A stretch of DNA of 64,000 nucleotides, taken from assembly GCA_964016885.1 (NCBI GenBank), contig OZ024740.1, forward strand, positions 357,926,001-357,990,000, written 5' to 3'. Shown piece by piece: positions 24,366 through 37,089 of this stretch. Positions within the stretch are counted from its first letter, which is position 1. Each line of letters begins with the position of its first letter. A program made the translations under genes and the position numbers. This DNA comes from Eledone cirrhosa (Eukaryota). The notes beneath the pieces were generated by a model. The model did no database searches, had not been told where the DNA came from, and worked only from the letters and a program-made list of their open reading frames with translations.

Positions 24366-26574
24366 CTAAGTGTTCTCCTGTTGCTCTTCTCTTCTCCTTT
24401 CGCCTATCTGCCCCACTTGCTTGTCACTTCCACTTGTTGCCACTTCTGCCACCTCAGAGCTTGTTTTTCTTTCTAGCAGTGACTTAGCACAGTGATGATG
24501 CACTTTACTTCTCCCTCTCTGATTTGTCTGTCTTGTCTGTCTATCTAATTTTTTTAGTATTATCACACACACATCATACCACCAGAAATATTTATTTCTC
24601 TGTTGCATGAGCTGGTAATTTTATGTGGTCCTCTCAAATTAAATTGCGCTAGTCTGAGAGCTGAAGAGGTTAAAAGATGCATATGTAATCTTGTCTCATT
24701 CCTTTTCTTCCTTTACTTCTTTCCTCCTATACTTTCTGTGAGCCAACACACTTCTAGCCACTGATTTTTATCCTTTGAGGTAATTTTTACCTGACGCTGT
24801 CATTGACGGCATTTTGCTATTCTTGCGGTTTTTTTTTCTTTTTTATTATTCTATGAATTCTAATACACTCGTGCTCTATCTCGGTCTTTGAGACAACATT
24901 GTTCATATTTAAATACTATATTGAGTGTTATTAATTGTGTGAATATTTCATTAGCATTATGGTTTTTAAAGAAGCTATTAATAAACTATTCATTCCCAAA
25001 CTACCCTAAAGCCAGATTTTGCCATTTTCCTTGTTAAAACTCACTTTCTTTGATGATTTCATTTAACATTTTATTTGTACTTGACTATGCTTGTACTTGA
25101 GAGAGGAACTTTCCAGATGCAAACTCATAATCAGTCATACTGAAGGGAGCCTAAAAAAATACTTGTATTTATTCTTTAAGTTCTAGAAGCAGGGAAATGA
25201 TAAAGAACACTTGGCTGAGATTTGAACCACTATAGAATTACCATCACCAATCTGTATCAATTCCCACATCTGAACCAACTCAACTATTATATTAGTGGGT
25301 GAAGTGTTCCCTTAGTAGATGAAATTTTCCTAATGATTTTCTGATCTACAATAGGCTTAGTTGATATGATGGCACACTGAAGGGTTGATGCTTCTTATCA
25401 TGTTACTGGCATTATCCATGACCAAGAAAACTAATTCAGAATTGCCCCAAATTATATAGTTATAAAGGAATAGCTAAAAGTTATTAATGTAATCAATAGG
25501 AGCACTGTATAATTGATAAATGTTTCAATAAGTTGTAATATTAAGTTCAAGTCCTATCCTCTGAATGCTAAGTCTTCAAGAGACGTCCCTCTGACCAAAT
25601 ATATAATGTGATTTATACCATAAGCTTATATAAAAACAATAATAGGAAACTGAAAGAAAGACATTTACAAAATATCATATATAACAATCCTTGCCAATAC
25701 CAGATTAAGTTTTTTCGAAACCCTAAGCACTTAAAAGATTATGGTGCTCCATATATAAAATCTGAAAAAGAAATATTTTTGGAATGACAACATTTAATTT
25801 GAGTAAAATGGTGTCCTTCTTCTCTTGGTGTCTTCAGCATGTACTTATTTTTCTTAATGGTTAATCCAGTTCTGATCCTTGCTTTCTAACTGCTATTTTG
25901 ACCAGTCCAAGGAGTCGTTATTAGCACAAAATGCTAATAGCTGTGGTATCACACAGCTAAACTAGTGTGTTATTGGATCAGTATTTGATCAAGATGTTCA
26001 CTATCTGCTATTGTTGTTGTAAATTAATTGCAATGTACATATGATTTCCCCAGTACAATAGATTTAGTTGAGTTATTTCTGTTTGTTTATTTGTCTTCAT
26101 TGCAATTTCTGGTTATAATCAATATTTTATTGAAAGAAATAGTTTCCCCTTAGCCAACTTGCTATCATCACTTATATGAAGACAATCTTTTCTAGAGAAA
26201 TATTTTTTCTCACATAATTTCATCTGCCTCCTTCTTCTCTTTTGCATCATCATCATCAATGTCATCATTGTCATTATCATCCTTGACATTGTCATCACTA
26301 TCATCATCATAGATAATTTTGCAAGCATATGCATGAAGGTTTGTATATGTGTATCTGTATATATGTGCATGTGTATTTGAGAATATGTATACTGATATCT
26401 CCCTTACAAAAGCAAAATAGTTGAATGGATAAAATATTACAGTACTTTAAACATAGTCATGAGTTCAAGCCTTACTATAGTGATTGTATTGTACTCCTCT
26501 ATCAGGTATGTAAGCAAGCTTGTTTAGGTCTACTAGGCTGCCAACAGATTCTACATTTATTTTGATTGGTTGAG

Positions 26575-26688
26575 AAAGTAGTTAATTTCTTGGATGCAAC
26601 TCTGAACCTTAAATCCTTTCTCTTCTACTCCTATTGTTAACCCAATGAGAACTTGAATTACATTATTGTTAACTTAAACCACCCCTAA
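26575..26688 (+). mobile_element. Penelope-like RT C-terminal fragment
   Basis: Translates KVVNFLDATLNL...*PNENLNYII...NHP, resembling the PLE RT motifs FLD..L / KP / SNHP. Confidence 0.55.
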
Positions 26689-27961
26689 TTAGTAACAGAT
26701 AACAAAGACACTTGAATCAGCATCAAAGAAATTGGTAACTCTTAACGTCCTGTACCACATCAATTCATTAGCAAGACATTCTTTAAAAGTATAAGACAGC
26801 ACTATAATTAGGACACATTAAAAATTGAAGTCTTTATTCTAATACTGTCAATTTTCACTATAGTCTATCAATCTGTAAAGATACAATAAATATTTAGATT
26901 AACAAACATGCTTTTAGATATTTTCTACAAAATAATTACAGGATGTTAAGTGTTAAATTGAAAGAAACACAATTCAACTATGCTAATATGGGGGAAATAA
27001 GTGCAAAAAAAATAAAAGGTTTCTGATGAATCTAAATAAGAGGAACCTATAACAAATAGGCAATTGGTCAAACAACTCAATGTGATCCACAGATTTATTG
27101 TTTCCACATGTGTTGACTCTTTGTTGTTCACCTGATATTTCAGTCATAACAGACTTTGTTTATAATTTATTCAAGATGGCATTATTCACTGCAACTTTCC
27201 TTTCTTTTAAGACAATATGGTGTGATTTGAAACAGATTTTGCTGTTAATTCTAGCCAGTTAGAAACCATGTTGAGGCTGTCTTATTGATATGCAGAAGTT
27301 GTAAACAATTTTGTCTTTGCAACCCTTTCAGAATTGTACCCTAACCCAAAGGTTGGAAACCATTGCTCTTAGGTCAACTCTGCTAAAATGTCATTCTGAC
27401 CTAAATAAACATGCAGACACAGATCAAAGCTTTCAACTGGCTATTATGTAGTTAGATGTTATTTTGACAAAAATAAACACAACAATAACCCCCAAAAAAG
27501 AATTTTAAGAGCCTGTTATGTGTCAACAGATTTATTTAGACATTAAGAAGAAGGTGAACAAAGTCTAATCTTTTATTTATCTAAAATGTTTAAATATTTT
27601 TTCCAGGTTTGAGTAAATGAAATCTTCATGTAAATTAACAAGAAAAGTTTATAGATGACAAATTGTTTATTCTGTATTCAACATTGATTTAGTCAGTGCA
27701 TATGCTAACCAAGCAACTACCTCGAAATTACAACAATATTTACTCTTGTTTCTAATGTACATCAACATTTATTGATCCTTCATTTGTCTGTGTCTCCTTT
27801 TCTTTCCTTCAAACTCACCAATTTCTGATTCTTACATTAACTTAGTCTTTGTTTCCATTACCTATCAGTCTGGCTATACATACACACACACACACATACA
27901 TACATGCATGCAGGTGTGCATAGATAAATACATACATACATACATGCATGCATACATAATA

Positions 27962-28560
27962 CATGGTGGCTGCCAACTCGTTTTCGAGTACGGCCACTAC
28001 TTTATATCCATGTAGGAGAACCCCTACCGAAGCGCTGAACGAGTGTGACTTTTTAGTCCAGCCAGCGACTTGAAAACTCTGGTACAAACACTACACTTGT
28101 GACAATTATTGACACATAGTGCTGGGCCCATGGTACCATGTGAGGACAAGTGCAGAGAGATCTCCAGATATAAAGCAATGCCTGTGCCGTGAAGCTTTTA
28201 TAGTGAGCAAAGGCACTGCACAAAGCCAGTCCCACTCTCTTAACCAAGATGATATTTACCAAAAAGAAGAAGAAGTCAACATCATTGGATACCATCAGGG
28301 TTGCAGGTGTTATATCAGAGTTTTCCTTCTCCTAGAATTCTGCCTTGACAAAGGCTAAGGGGTCATCTCTCCTGGTGATTTTGGATGGCCATTGACTCTT
28401 AAGAGCTCCTTTGCCCTTTGACAGGTTTTGTTTTTAGTCCTGCAGGATGTCCAAAGTCACCCTCCTCACCAAGAAACCTTGGCGGGGTTGCCAGTTTAGT
28501 CGCCAACGACCCGACCATGAGACAGGTTGTACTGGGATACATGTTACCAGTAGCACCAAC
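27962..28560 (-). mobile_element. Short non-autonomous bipartite RTE derivative within (CATA)n
   Basis: 5' part has an RTE 5'UTR-like ctaggagaaggaaaactctgat. 3' part encodes FKSLAGLKSHTR (cf. FRSLAGLKSHIR at 29987) and ends with hairpin ctcgaaaacgag plus (TATG)n. Confidence 0.65.
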
Positions 28561-28765
28561 ATAATACATACATATATGCATACATACATACATACATATA
28601 TACATCATACATATATACATACATACAATCACATATACATACCTACAATTACACACACACACACACCTACATACATGCATACATACATACATGCATACAT
28701 GATGGCTGCCCCCTCGTTATCGAGTATGGCCATTGCACGAGGAGAGAAAAAAAATTATTAACAAA

Positions 28766-28815
<50 letters not shown>

Positions 28816-28816
28816 T

Positions 28817-29385
28817 CGTTTCTGAATTTGTTTAGCAAGATTCTTTATCTGAAATCGTGTGTTGAAACCGATATTGTTATACTTTGGGAGGGTCATGTTG
28901 CCAATAAGAAACACACGCACCAGTTGCTTTCACTTCAATTTATTATATATTTATAAATTTATAAATTTACAAATTTACAAACTTATAAATTTCTGGTTGG
29001 TTGGTTGGTTCCACAACCAGATAGTTGTTTATATATAGTCATAGTCCTTTCGTCACACACTCTGTGACCTCTTCAGTGACTGGGGATTCCTTTCTTCGTT
29101 TCTGTGCCTTTCCTTTCTTCTATCCTACGCCATTTTGTTTCTGTGTGTGTGTTGTGTGCTCAGTTTGCGCATGCGCCACATCCGGGTGTCTGTGTGTGTT
29201 TGTGTTCATTTTTCTATGACTATGACTATATATAAACAACTATCTGGTTGTGGAACCAACCAACCAACCAGAAATTTATAAGTTTGTAAATTTGTAAATT
29301 TATAAATTTATAAATATATAATAAATTGAAGTGAAAGCAACTGGTGCGTGTGTTTCTTATTGGCAACATGACCCTCCCAAAGTAT

Positions 29386-29393
<8 letters not shown>
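28817..29393 (-). mobile_element. Penelope-like pLTR fold-back element in (TA)n
   Basis: Inverted arms 28871-29046 / 29218-29393 (176 bp), 171-bp spacer, one-sided 54-bp extension, (TA)n on both flanks. An ORF start (MTLPKYNNIGFNTRFQIKNLAKQIQK) runs into the left (TA)n. Confidence 0.8.
29037..29081 (-). ncRNA. Minimal type I hammerhead ribozyme (slightly degenerate)
   Basis: AGTCA-CTGAAGA-G-GTCACA gagtg TGTGAC-GAAA-GGAC-TA-TGACT: stem I 5 bp, stem II 6 bp with one extra G, very short stem III, CUA triplet. Confidence 0.65.
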
Positions 29394-29470
<77 letters not shown>

Positions 29471-29572
29471 TACACACACATATATACATACACACATATA
29501 CATTAATAACAATAATAATAATAATAACAACAATAATAATAACGACAACAACAACAATGATAATATACATAT

Positions 29573-29922
29573 GGAGGCACATGGCTTAGTGGTTAGAGCA
29601 TTGGCCTTGCAATCGAAAGGTTGTGAGTTCAATTCTCAGACCGGGTGATGTGTTGTTTCCTTGAGCAAGACACTTTATTTCACATTGCTCCAGTTTACTC
29701 AGCTGTAGAAATGAGATGATAGGGGCTGAGGTCCCTATCATTCCACTGCAAAGTGGTCGTGGAGGTGCCACGGCAAAAAAGCACCCAGCACTCACTGTAA
29801 ATGAGGTTGGTGTTAGGAAGGGCATCCAGCTGTAGAAATCAAGCCAGAATCAGTTCCCGTCCCACCCTTGTAAGCAAGGAAAAGGAGACGTAAAATGAAA
29901 TGATGATGATGATGATGATGAT
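29573..29922 (+). mobile_element. tRNA-derived SINE family B with RTE-derived tail
   Basis: A box TGGCTTAGTGG, B box GAGTTCAATTC, CORE-like ccttgagcaagacactt. Tail ggttggtgttaggaagggcatccagc...(GAT)n is shared with the RTE LINE at 12215-12368. Confidence 0.85.
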
Positions 29923-29986
29923 ATACATATATATATACACACACACGCGCACATAAACATATCTATACACACACACACGATAGCAA

Positions 29987-31658
29987 CTAACAGCACTGCG
30001 ATCGAATGTGGCTTTTTAGCCCAGCCAATGATCTAAAATGTCTTGCACGGAGTCGGCAACCAAAACATTCACTGGGAATAGCCAGCTGTGGTTGGAGTTG
30101 ATGTACTTTTGCATGTCGCTTGAGCCCTCCTGCTGATTTACATTCTCTACCGCATGTTTGGCAAGCATGATGAGTAGCATCTCCAACAGCAGCCTGGTAG
30201 TCAACCACTGGTCTTACTTTATGACTGCGAAGATAACTTTCCAGTCCAGCTTTGCTTAGGCAGAGTCTCGCACAGGCGCTGCATGTCAGCACTATAGGAG
30301 GACCCTCGCCGTCTGGAAGTGCAACAGCAATGCCCTTCCTCACATCCCACTTTACTTTCTCGTATGCGATTCGAGATGCCTCAAAGGCAACTTTTCCCTC
30401 ATATACAGTCTTTCTCCATTTATTACGATCAGCAGCAATATTTTCCCATGTATCAGCAGAGATGTTAGCGTCTTTCAAAGAGGCTTTCAAGGAATCCTTA
30501 TACCTCTTTTTTGGTTTATGTGGCGGTCGTTTTCCTTTAACCAACTCTCCATAAAAGAATTGTTTTGGTATTCTAGAATCCTTCATTCTGGCAAGGTGAC
30601 CACTCCAATGGAGTCGTTGCTTAAGCACAAGAGCTTCTATACTGTCACACATAGAGCTTTCCAAAATCTCGACATCACTGATGTGGTCCCTCCAGTGAAC
30701 GCCATGGATCCGTCTGAGACACATCTGATGGAAACGCTCCAATTGCTTAAGGTGGTGTCGATATGTGACCCAGGTCTCGCAGGCATAAAGAAGACAAGAG
30801 AGCACACATGCCTTGCACACCTTTACCTTTGTCCTCCTGCATATGTCTCGCCGACCCGAGAGTCGCCTTTCTAGCTTTCCGAAAGCATCACTTGCTTTCC
30901 TAATCCTAAGTGAGATTTCACTGTCAAGGTTGCTGTATCGATTGACAGTGCTTCCCAGGTAGACAAACTGATCAACCACTCCAAGTCGTTTACCATACAC
31001 ATAGATATTTGGTTCAGTGTACTGCTTACCAGGGGCAGGTTGGTACATGACGACGGTTTTCTTGAGACTGACAGTCAATCCTAGGGCAGTGCAAGCGTCA
31101 GAAAATGCATTCAAAATGTGCTGCATATCACTCTCTGTGTGCGCTACAAGATCGCAATCATCTGCATACAAGAGGTCTCTTATGATTGATGTAAATACTT
31201 TTGTCTTTGCAGCAAAGCGCCTGATGTTAAATATGCTGCCTGAGGTTCGATATCGGATGTAAACACCATGCTCGCAATTCCTGAATGCAATACAGAAAAC
31301 CATTGCAAAGTATATGGCAAACAGGGTCGGTGCTGGAATATCCCCCTGTTTCACTCCATTTTTTACTGAGATAGGCTCCGACATGTTACCTCCGACATTA
31401 ACCCAAGCCTTCATGTCGTCATGGAAAGACCTAACTAAAGCAAGGAACTTATCAGGGCAACCAAGTTTCTGGAGAACCTTCCATAATGCATCTCTGTTAA
31501 CAGTATCGAAAGCTTTTGTCAGATCGACAAAAACCTGATACAGATCCAAACCTTGTTCCATGCACTTCTCCCGGAGCTGTCTAGCTGAGAAGATCATATC
31601 AGAAGTGCCGCGTCCAGCACGAAAACCAGATTGACTTTCAGGAAGAACACAGTCTGCA
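29987..31658 (-). mobile_element. RTE/BovB-like LINE, 5'-truncated, open RT ORF with C-terminal C2H2-like fingers
   Basis: [46 protein letters not shown]; C-terminal fingers such as CQTCGRECKSAGGLKRHAKVH. The N-terminus in the ORF track is a microsatellite artefact. Confidence 0.95.
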
Positions 31659-31659
31659 A

Positions 31660-31755
31660 TGCATACATACATACATACATACATACATGCATACATACAT
31701 ACATACATACATACATACATACATACATACATACATACATACATACATACATACA
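31660..31755. repeat. (CATA)n microsatellite between two divergent LINEs
   Basis: Directly visible tetranucleotide run. Confidence 0.95.
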
Positions 31756-33950
31756 TCACATATGAACAAGCAGCTGGACAGAAAGGGGTTTGGGGATGTG
31801 CTGAACAACTCCTAATCAACAAAACTGCGATGTCGGAGGTGCGACAACTTAGGAGGAATATGGCTACAGTCTGGCTGGACTACAGGAAAGCTTTCGATTC
31901 TGTTCCCCACTCTTGGATGATAGAGGCCCTCCAACTTGCTAAAGTCCCAGACATTATTATCAGAGCCATAGAGAAGCTGTCTTCTTCTTGGGCTACTATC
32001 CTAAGGTTAAAGACAAAGGGGGAGGTCTCTATATTCACTGATAAATAAAATATCGCAGGGTATATTTCAGGGAGACAGTATCTCTGTGATATTGTTCATC
32101 TTGTCATTAAACCCCTTGTCCTTTCTGCTCAAGAAATGTGAGGGAGGACAGAAATACGAACCTAACCCATAATTTCTTTGTGGACGATCTGAAACTCTAT
32201 GCCAAGAACATGGATGGAATGAAGAAAAATCTTGACCTGGTTACAACGTTCTCAAAGGATATAGGAATGGAGTTTGGCGAAGATAAATGCTCATACATGA
32301 CTGTAAAGCGAGGAAAAACAACAACCCAATCTAGCAACATTGTCATCAATGGCCTAACTGTTTCACCGATATCTGATGAGGACTGCTACAGATACCTGGG
32401 GATAGATGAGAATATATCCTATAATGGTATCTGTAATAAAGAACGCGTAACCAGGGAATACTACACCCGATTAAGAAAGATCTGGTCATCGGAACTCTCT
32501 GCGCAAAACAAAACAGTGGCTCACAATGTGTTTGCTGTGCCTGTCCTAACACCAACGTTTGGAATACTCAATTGGACGATAAACGAAATCCGAGCAGTTG
32601 ATGTTGGAACTCGAAAAATACTAAACAACACCGGAAACTTCCACATCAACAGTGACATAGACCGCCTTTACTTGAAACGTAAGCAGGGAGGCAGAGGCCT
32701 AACATCGGTCCAGACAACATTTGAATGTCGCATCATATCTCTCCGACAACATCTACGAACCTCGAAGCATAGGAGCCCGTCTCTCGAGCAAGTCTTTCTG
32801 CATGAAACATAAGATCATGAGAGTTGGGAAGGAACTCCTCGAGAGATATTCCCTGTGTGATAATCAAAAGCTCACACCCAGGGAAGTCACTCAGCAGTAT
32901 CGCAGTGAATCCATGGATGAAAAACTGCAAGCATATCAGCAAAAAAATCATGCATGTATATGTTGCCAGGAAACTCCAGAGTGAGAGTAATATAGATAAG
33001 GAAAGTAGTCTATCTTGGACCAACAACCGCTATATTGGCTCCCACTTTGAAGGATACGCTTTTGCAATCCAAGAACAGGAAATACCTGATTCACGAAATA
33101 TCTGATTCACAAAAGAGATAGGGATGCAGGCAAAACACCTAGATGTGATAACAAGTGCAGACTCTGCAGAACTAACATCGAGGATATCCCCCATGTCATC
33201 AGCAGCTGTCCAAAGATGTCATCGCGGTACTATCTACCTATGAGGCATGATGTAGTGGCCAAAATGCTGTACAATGCAGTTCGTAAAAAAGATAGCCCCG
33301 ATAATAAACACATTAAAAGCTACAGCAATGTGGAAGACATCCATCTACATAATATGAAAGAGTACTGGTGGAATGTTCCCGTAAAAACCCCAATAAAATG
33401 CAGGCATAACAGACCAGATATTATGATATGGGACAGGGAGAAGAAAGCATGCAGAGTAGTGGAAATTAGCTGCCCAGCAGATGCCAATATAATATCAAAG
33501 ATTAGTGAAAAGGAGAATATTTATGCAGAACTGATGAGAAATCTGCAGATACTCCACCCTGATTACACCTTCAGATTTATGCCTGTGATTATTGGGGCAC
33601 TGGGGTATGTTAGTAACTGCCTCAATACAAATCTTGAGAAGCTAGGCTTCACAGGAACAGAAAGAACACAACTAGTTAGGAAATTACAAGTACACTCCAT
33701 TAATGGAACAGTAAAAATATGTAAAACATTCCAAAAATTTTGCATCTAATAACTGCATATACACATGTACAGATGCAAAGCATATACACATGCACACATC
33801 CACACATACAATAACATCCATATCTACACATGCATGCATACATACATATCTACCTAGTTGATGTGTACATTCTAATGAAAGAGTCTTGTGTCTATGTTAG
33901 AAACCGACTCTCTCTATTGGTAAAACTTTATGAAATTATAAAACCAGAAG
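31756..33950 (+). mobile_element. R4/Dong-like RLE non-LTR retrotransposon, 5'-truncated, frameshifted
   Basis: EQLLINK, WLDYRKAFDSVPHSW, GIFQGDS, FFVDDLKLY, YRYLGI, CCHC knuckle (CRLC..H..SC), RHD and NRPDI...VEIS endonuclease motifs. (CATA)n on both sides. Confidence 0.9.
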
Positions 33951-36589
33951 AACATACATACATACATGCAATCACACACACAGCACCCAAATTCACCTGT
34001 CCGTTCATTATCTGTCTATATATTCTTTGCTGATACATTTTTAGATTCCATCAGTAGGTTTAGGGCATACAATAGCCGCAATTATATTTTGTTTCCACTA
34101 TTTTTTCTATGCTACATTTTGCTATTGCTGTTGCTGTTTAATACAAGGTTAGCCATAATTGAATAGTTATATGATCAAAGAACTTCCAACTGTGACCATC
34201 CTGTTTATTCAGACAGGTTATCTAGAAATATATATTTCTATTTATTTGCCACCAAGGCATCAGGTTATCTAGAAATATAATATTCAAATGTGTCACTTCA
34301 ATTTTTAAGATGATAGGGTGAAATTTAAGGCTTATTTTAGTGGTATATCTAACAAGTTGAGCAACTACACATAAACACTCTCATTTGCTTGTTGTTCTTG
34401 TAGCTGTTGTTATTTTTTTTTATTCCTATTTAATCTCGGATTGAAGGTGCTCGCTCCAGCCATAGTGATTCTATCAATTTTTTTCTTTTTTCAGTATAGT
34501 GTATGTAAAACTATATTATCTAATATGACCTTCCATTTTTATGAGAGTAGGGTATGATTTCAGGGACATTTGACTTGTAGTAGAACTCGCAATAGCAACA
34601 TTTCATATGCAATTCGGTTGAACAGACCAATGGTAAGTTGAGTATGAATACATTGTCACCTTCTCATGAAAACCTCTGCGCACGAGAACACAGAGAGGAA
34701 CCAGACCGCAAGATGAAAAAATTTACTACAGGTTAGCTCCCGCTATATTCCTTACATAATCCTGTTAGAAGGAATAGAACAGTTATCGACAAACCATGTT
34801 CTACATTTCGTCAACTGTACGGAAAATCAACTTTCGACAATAAATTTATATTTTTAGAGAATTGAGCGTTAAAGAGACATTTATTTATATCATGGAAGCC
34901 AGAAGCATGTCACTGCAAGTACGAAGCAACAAACTCATCGACTAAGGTATTTTCCTTATAATCGTTTGTAAAAACAAGATCCTTGGAAGATTTCAACTTG
35001 TAATTGTAAAAAGATATAAGTAATATTTAACTCCTCATTCTTCCTATAGACTACTGCATGTTCTTGTAAGATGGGAAACTACAACAAAGAATATATTGAA
35101 TTGCATCAAAAGAACAGCATATTATATATATAAGGAGGATGGTCAGTAGTACCCCAACAGCTATCTGTGGTTATCTACCTAAGTATCTATCTTCAGAGAA
35201 TAAAATCACAAACATCTATTAATTTTATTTTATTTTATTTTATTTTATTTTATTTGCATTGAAATCTAAGAAAATTTAGTACATTTGCCTTGAAATAGTA
35301 ATTATATATATTTAAAAAAAAGGTGTAGAAATTGAAGTGGTGATTAAATGGAGATTTTTGTTGTTGATATTTTGGAGGATCTGACCTACTTAGTGAAAAT
35401 TTAGCTTTTGTTTGGATGTAATAATTTCAATGAGATTTCCTCATCTACTAATTTGAAAGGTACTTGACCAAAATGCCATGAGTGAAGTTTGTGAAAAGGA
35501 TAGGGTAGACGGATGGCTAGTGTCATTATTTTCTTTCTTGTTTCTTTCTGTCTTTGCTTTGCATATTTCCTTTCTCTGCATTAGCTACAAGGGAGAGACA
35601 TGTTCTTACGAGATGGATACTAATCTGGTAGGTCTTTATATTGTTAAATAATTTTGCAAATCTGTTTGCATAGTTGATCTTATTTGTACATGTAGGTTTG
35701 AGTATATATGATTTGGGTATATATGATTTAATCATAATTATGTTTTGCATTCATCATCATCATTTCGTGTGTATATATTATAATAATTTGTATGTAAATA
35801 ATGACATTGAAGTTTGTCTTTTACTTCACCTTTTGGTATTGTATTTTGTATTTTTTCATCTTGGATTCGTTCTGCTTATTTCTTTAATGGCTTTTAAATT
35901 ATTATTTTATTTTTTTTAATGTTTTGTTGTGTGGCATCACATCTTCTAGGTGAGGAGTAGTTTGAGGGTTTAAAGTCAAGAGACACTAGGAGGTGGTGGA
36001 ACATGTAATGAGATCGTAGTCACTGCAGATGTTAATAGCTTTTTTGGCTTTAATATATAGAAGCTATGTAATATAACAGCTGCAGCTTGATAACATATGG
36101 TTTTCCTATTAGGTGGCTATTGCAGTCCAGTTACTTATACCAAAGTTGGGAAAATGGGTGGTCTGTATTTTATTTGCCGAATTTTGAGGGTGAGCATGGT
36201 TTGGTTTGGCAGGAGACATGAATGCAGGTTGGCATTTGCTTTAGAGTGTTTGTGGACTGATTGGAGCAATAATGGTCTTGCTTACATATGTTATTGCACA
36301 CTCTACAGTTTACTACTTGTATTTCATCATGGCTCCAACACTAGGGAGGTTGTCAGTCATAGACTGACTGAAGAGTGCTCTCTATTCTATGGAGAATAGG
36401 ATGGAGAGAAGGAATAGGGAAGAGGAGGGAGGCAAGAAAGATGATAAATATATCATGAGTAAGTAAGAATATGTGGGGTGGGGATGACAAGTGTGATGTC
36501 ATGAGTATGAAGCAGGTGTTTGGTGTTGAAGTGGAGTGGAGCACAACTCGGTTAGATCACATTCTTATACTGGCAGGTGAGTCTTCTCC

Positions 36590-36930
36590 AGTATCGCATG
36601 TTACCAATCCTCATGGTTGGTTCTTTGCCATCTGTGTCATGAGGTTCAGCTTCCAAAGGGCAGTCTTCACTACCTCATCCCATGTCTGTCTAGATGTCCC
36701 TCTTCTATGAGTCCCAATCACTGAAATGTCTTTGCAGTTCTTTATACAACTATCATTTACTATATGCATCCCATGTCTTTGCAATTGCAGTCTTCTCTCT
36801 TTCACTCTACATCCAATTGCTCTTATACTTAGTTTTTCTCTGAGTTCATTTATGCTAAGCTGTTCATGCACACTAATATTACACATTCACGGGACCATGC
36901 TCACTTCATTTATTTGTAGTCTTTTCTAGG
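36590..36930 (-). mobile_element. Degraded RTE 3' fragment
   Basis: ORF 36611-36886 (INELREKLSIR...ERRL...DSCIKNC...TWDE) is homologous to 11673-11987. Confidence 0.75.
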
Positions 36931-37089
36931 CCCTCTGCAGATCCAATAATACATTTGTCAACACTTATGATTTAGGAGTACCCTACATATTTTCCATCAT
37001 TAAGGCAAACCTGTCAAATCAGTTCCAAAGCAGAATAATGAAAGATTTAGTTAAAGAAATGCCAATCATCAACAGTAAACATCAACTAA

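Noticed and set aside
29573-29645. tRNA-like sequence (also ~6300-6370 on the minus strand)
   Set aside because: Has A/B boxes but no complete cloverleaf, and continues into a SINE body; a SINE head rather than a tRNA gene.
31659-31822. Apparent N-termini of the 611-aa and 129-aa ORFs
   Set aside because: Read-through across (CATA)n into the neighbouring, oppositely oriented LINE; both elements are 5'-truncated.
33875-33915. CTAATGA...GAAAC in the R4-like 3'UTR as a hammerhead
   Set aside because: The pairing (agagtc/gactct) encloses the GAAA, so the topology is a simple 3'UTR stem-loop.
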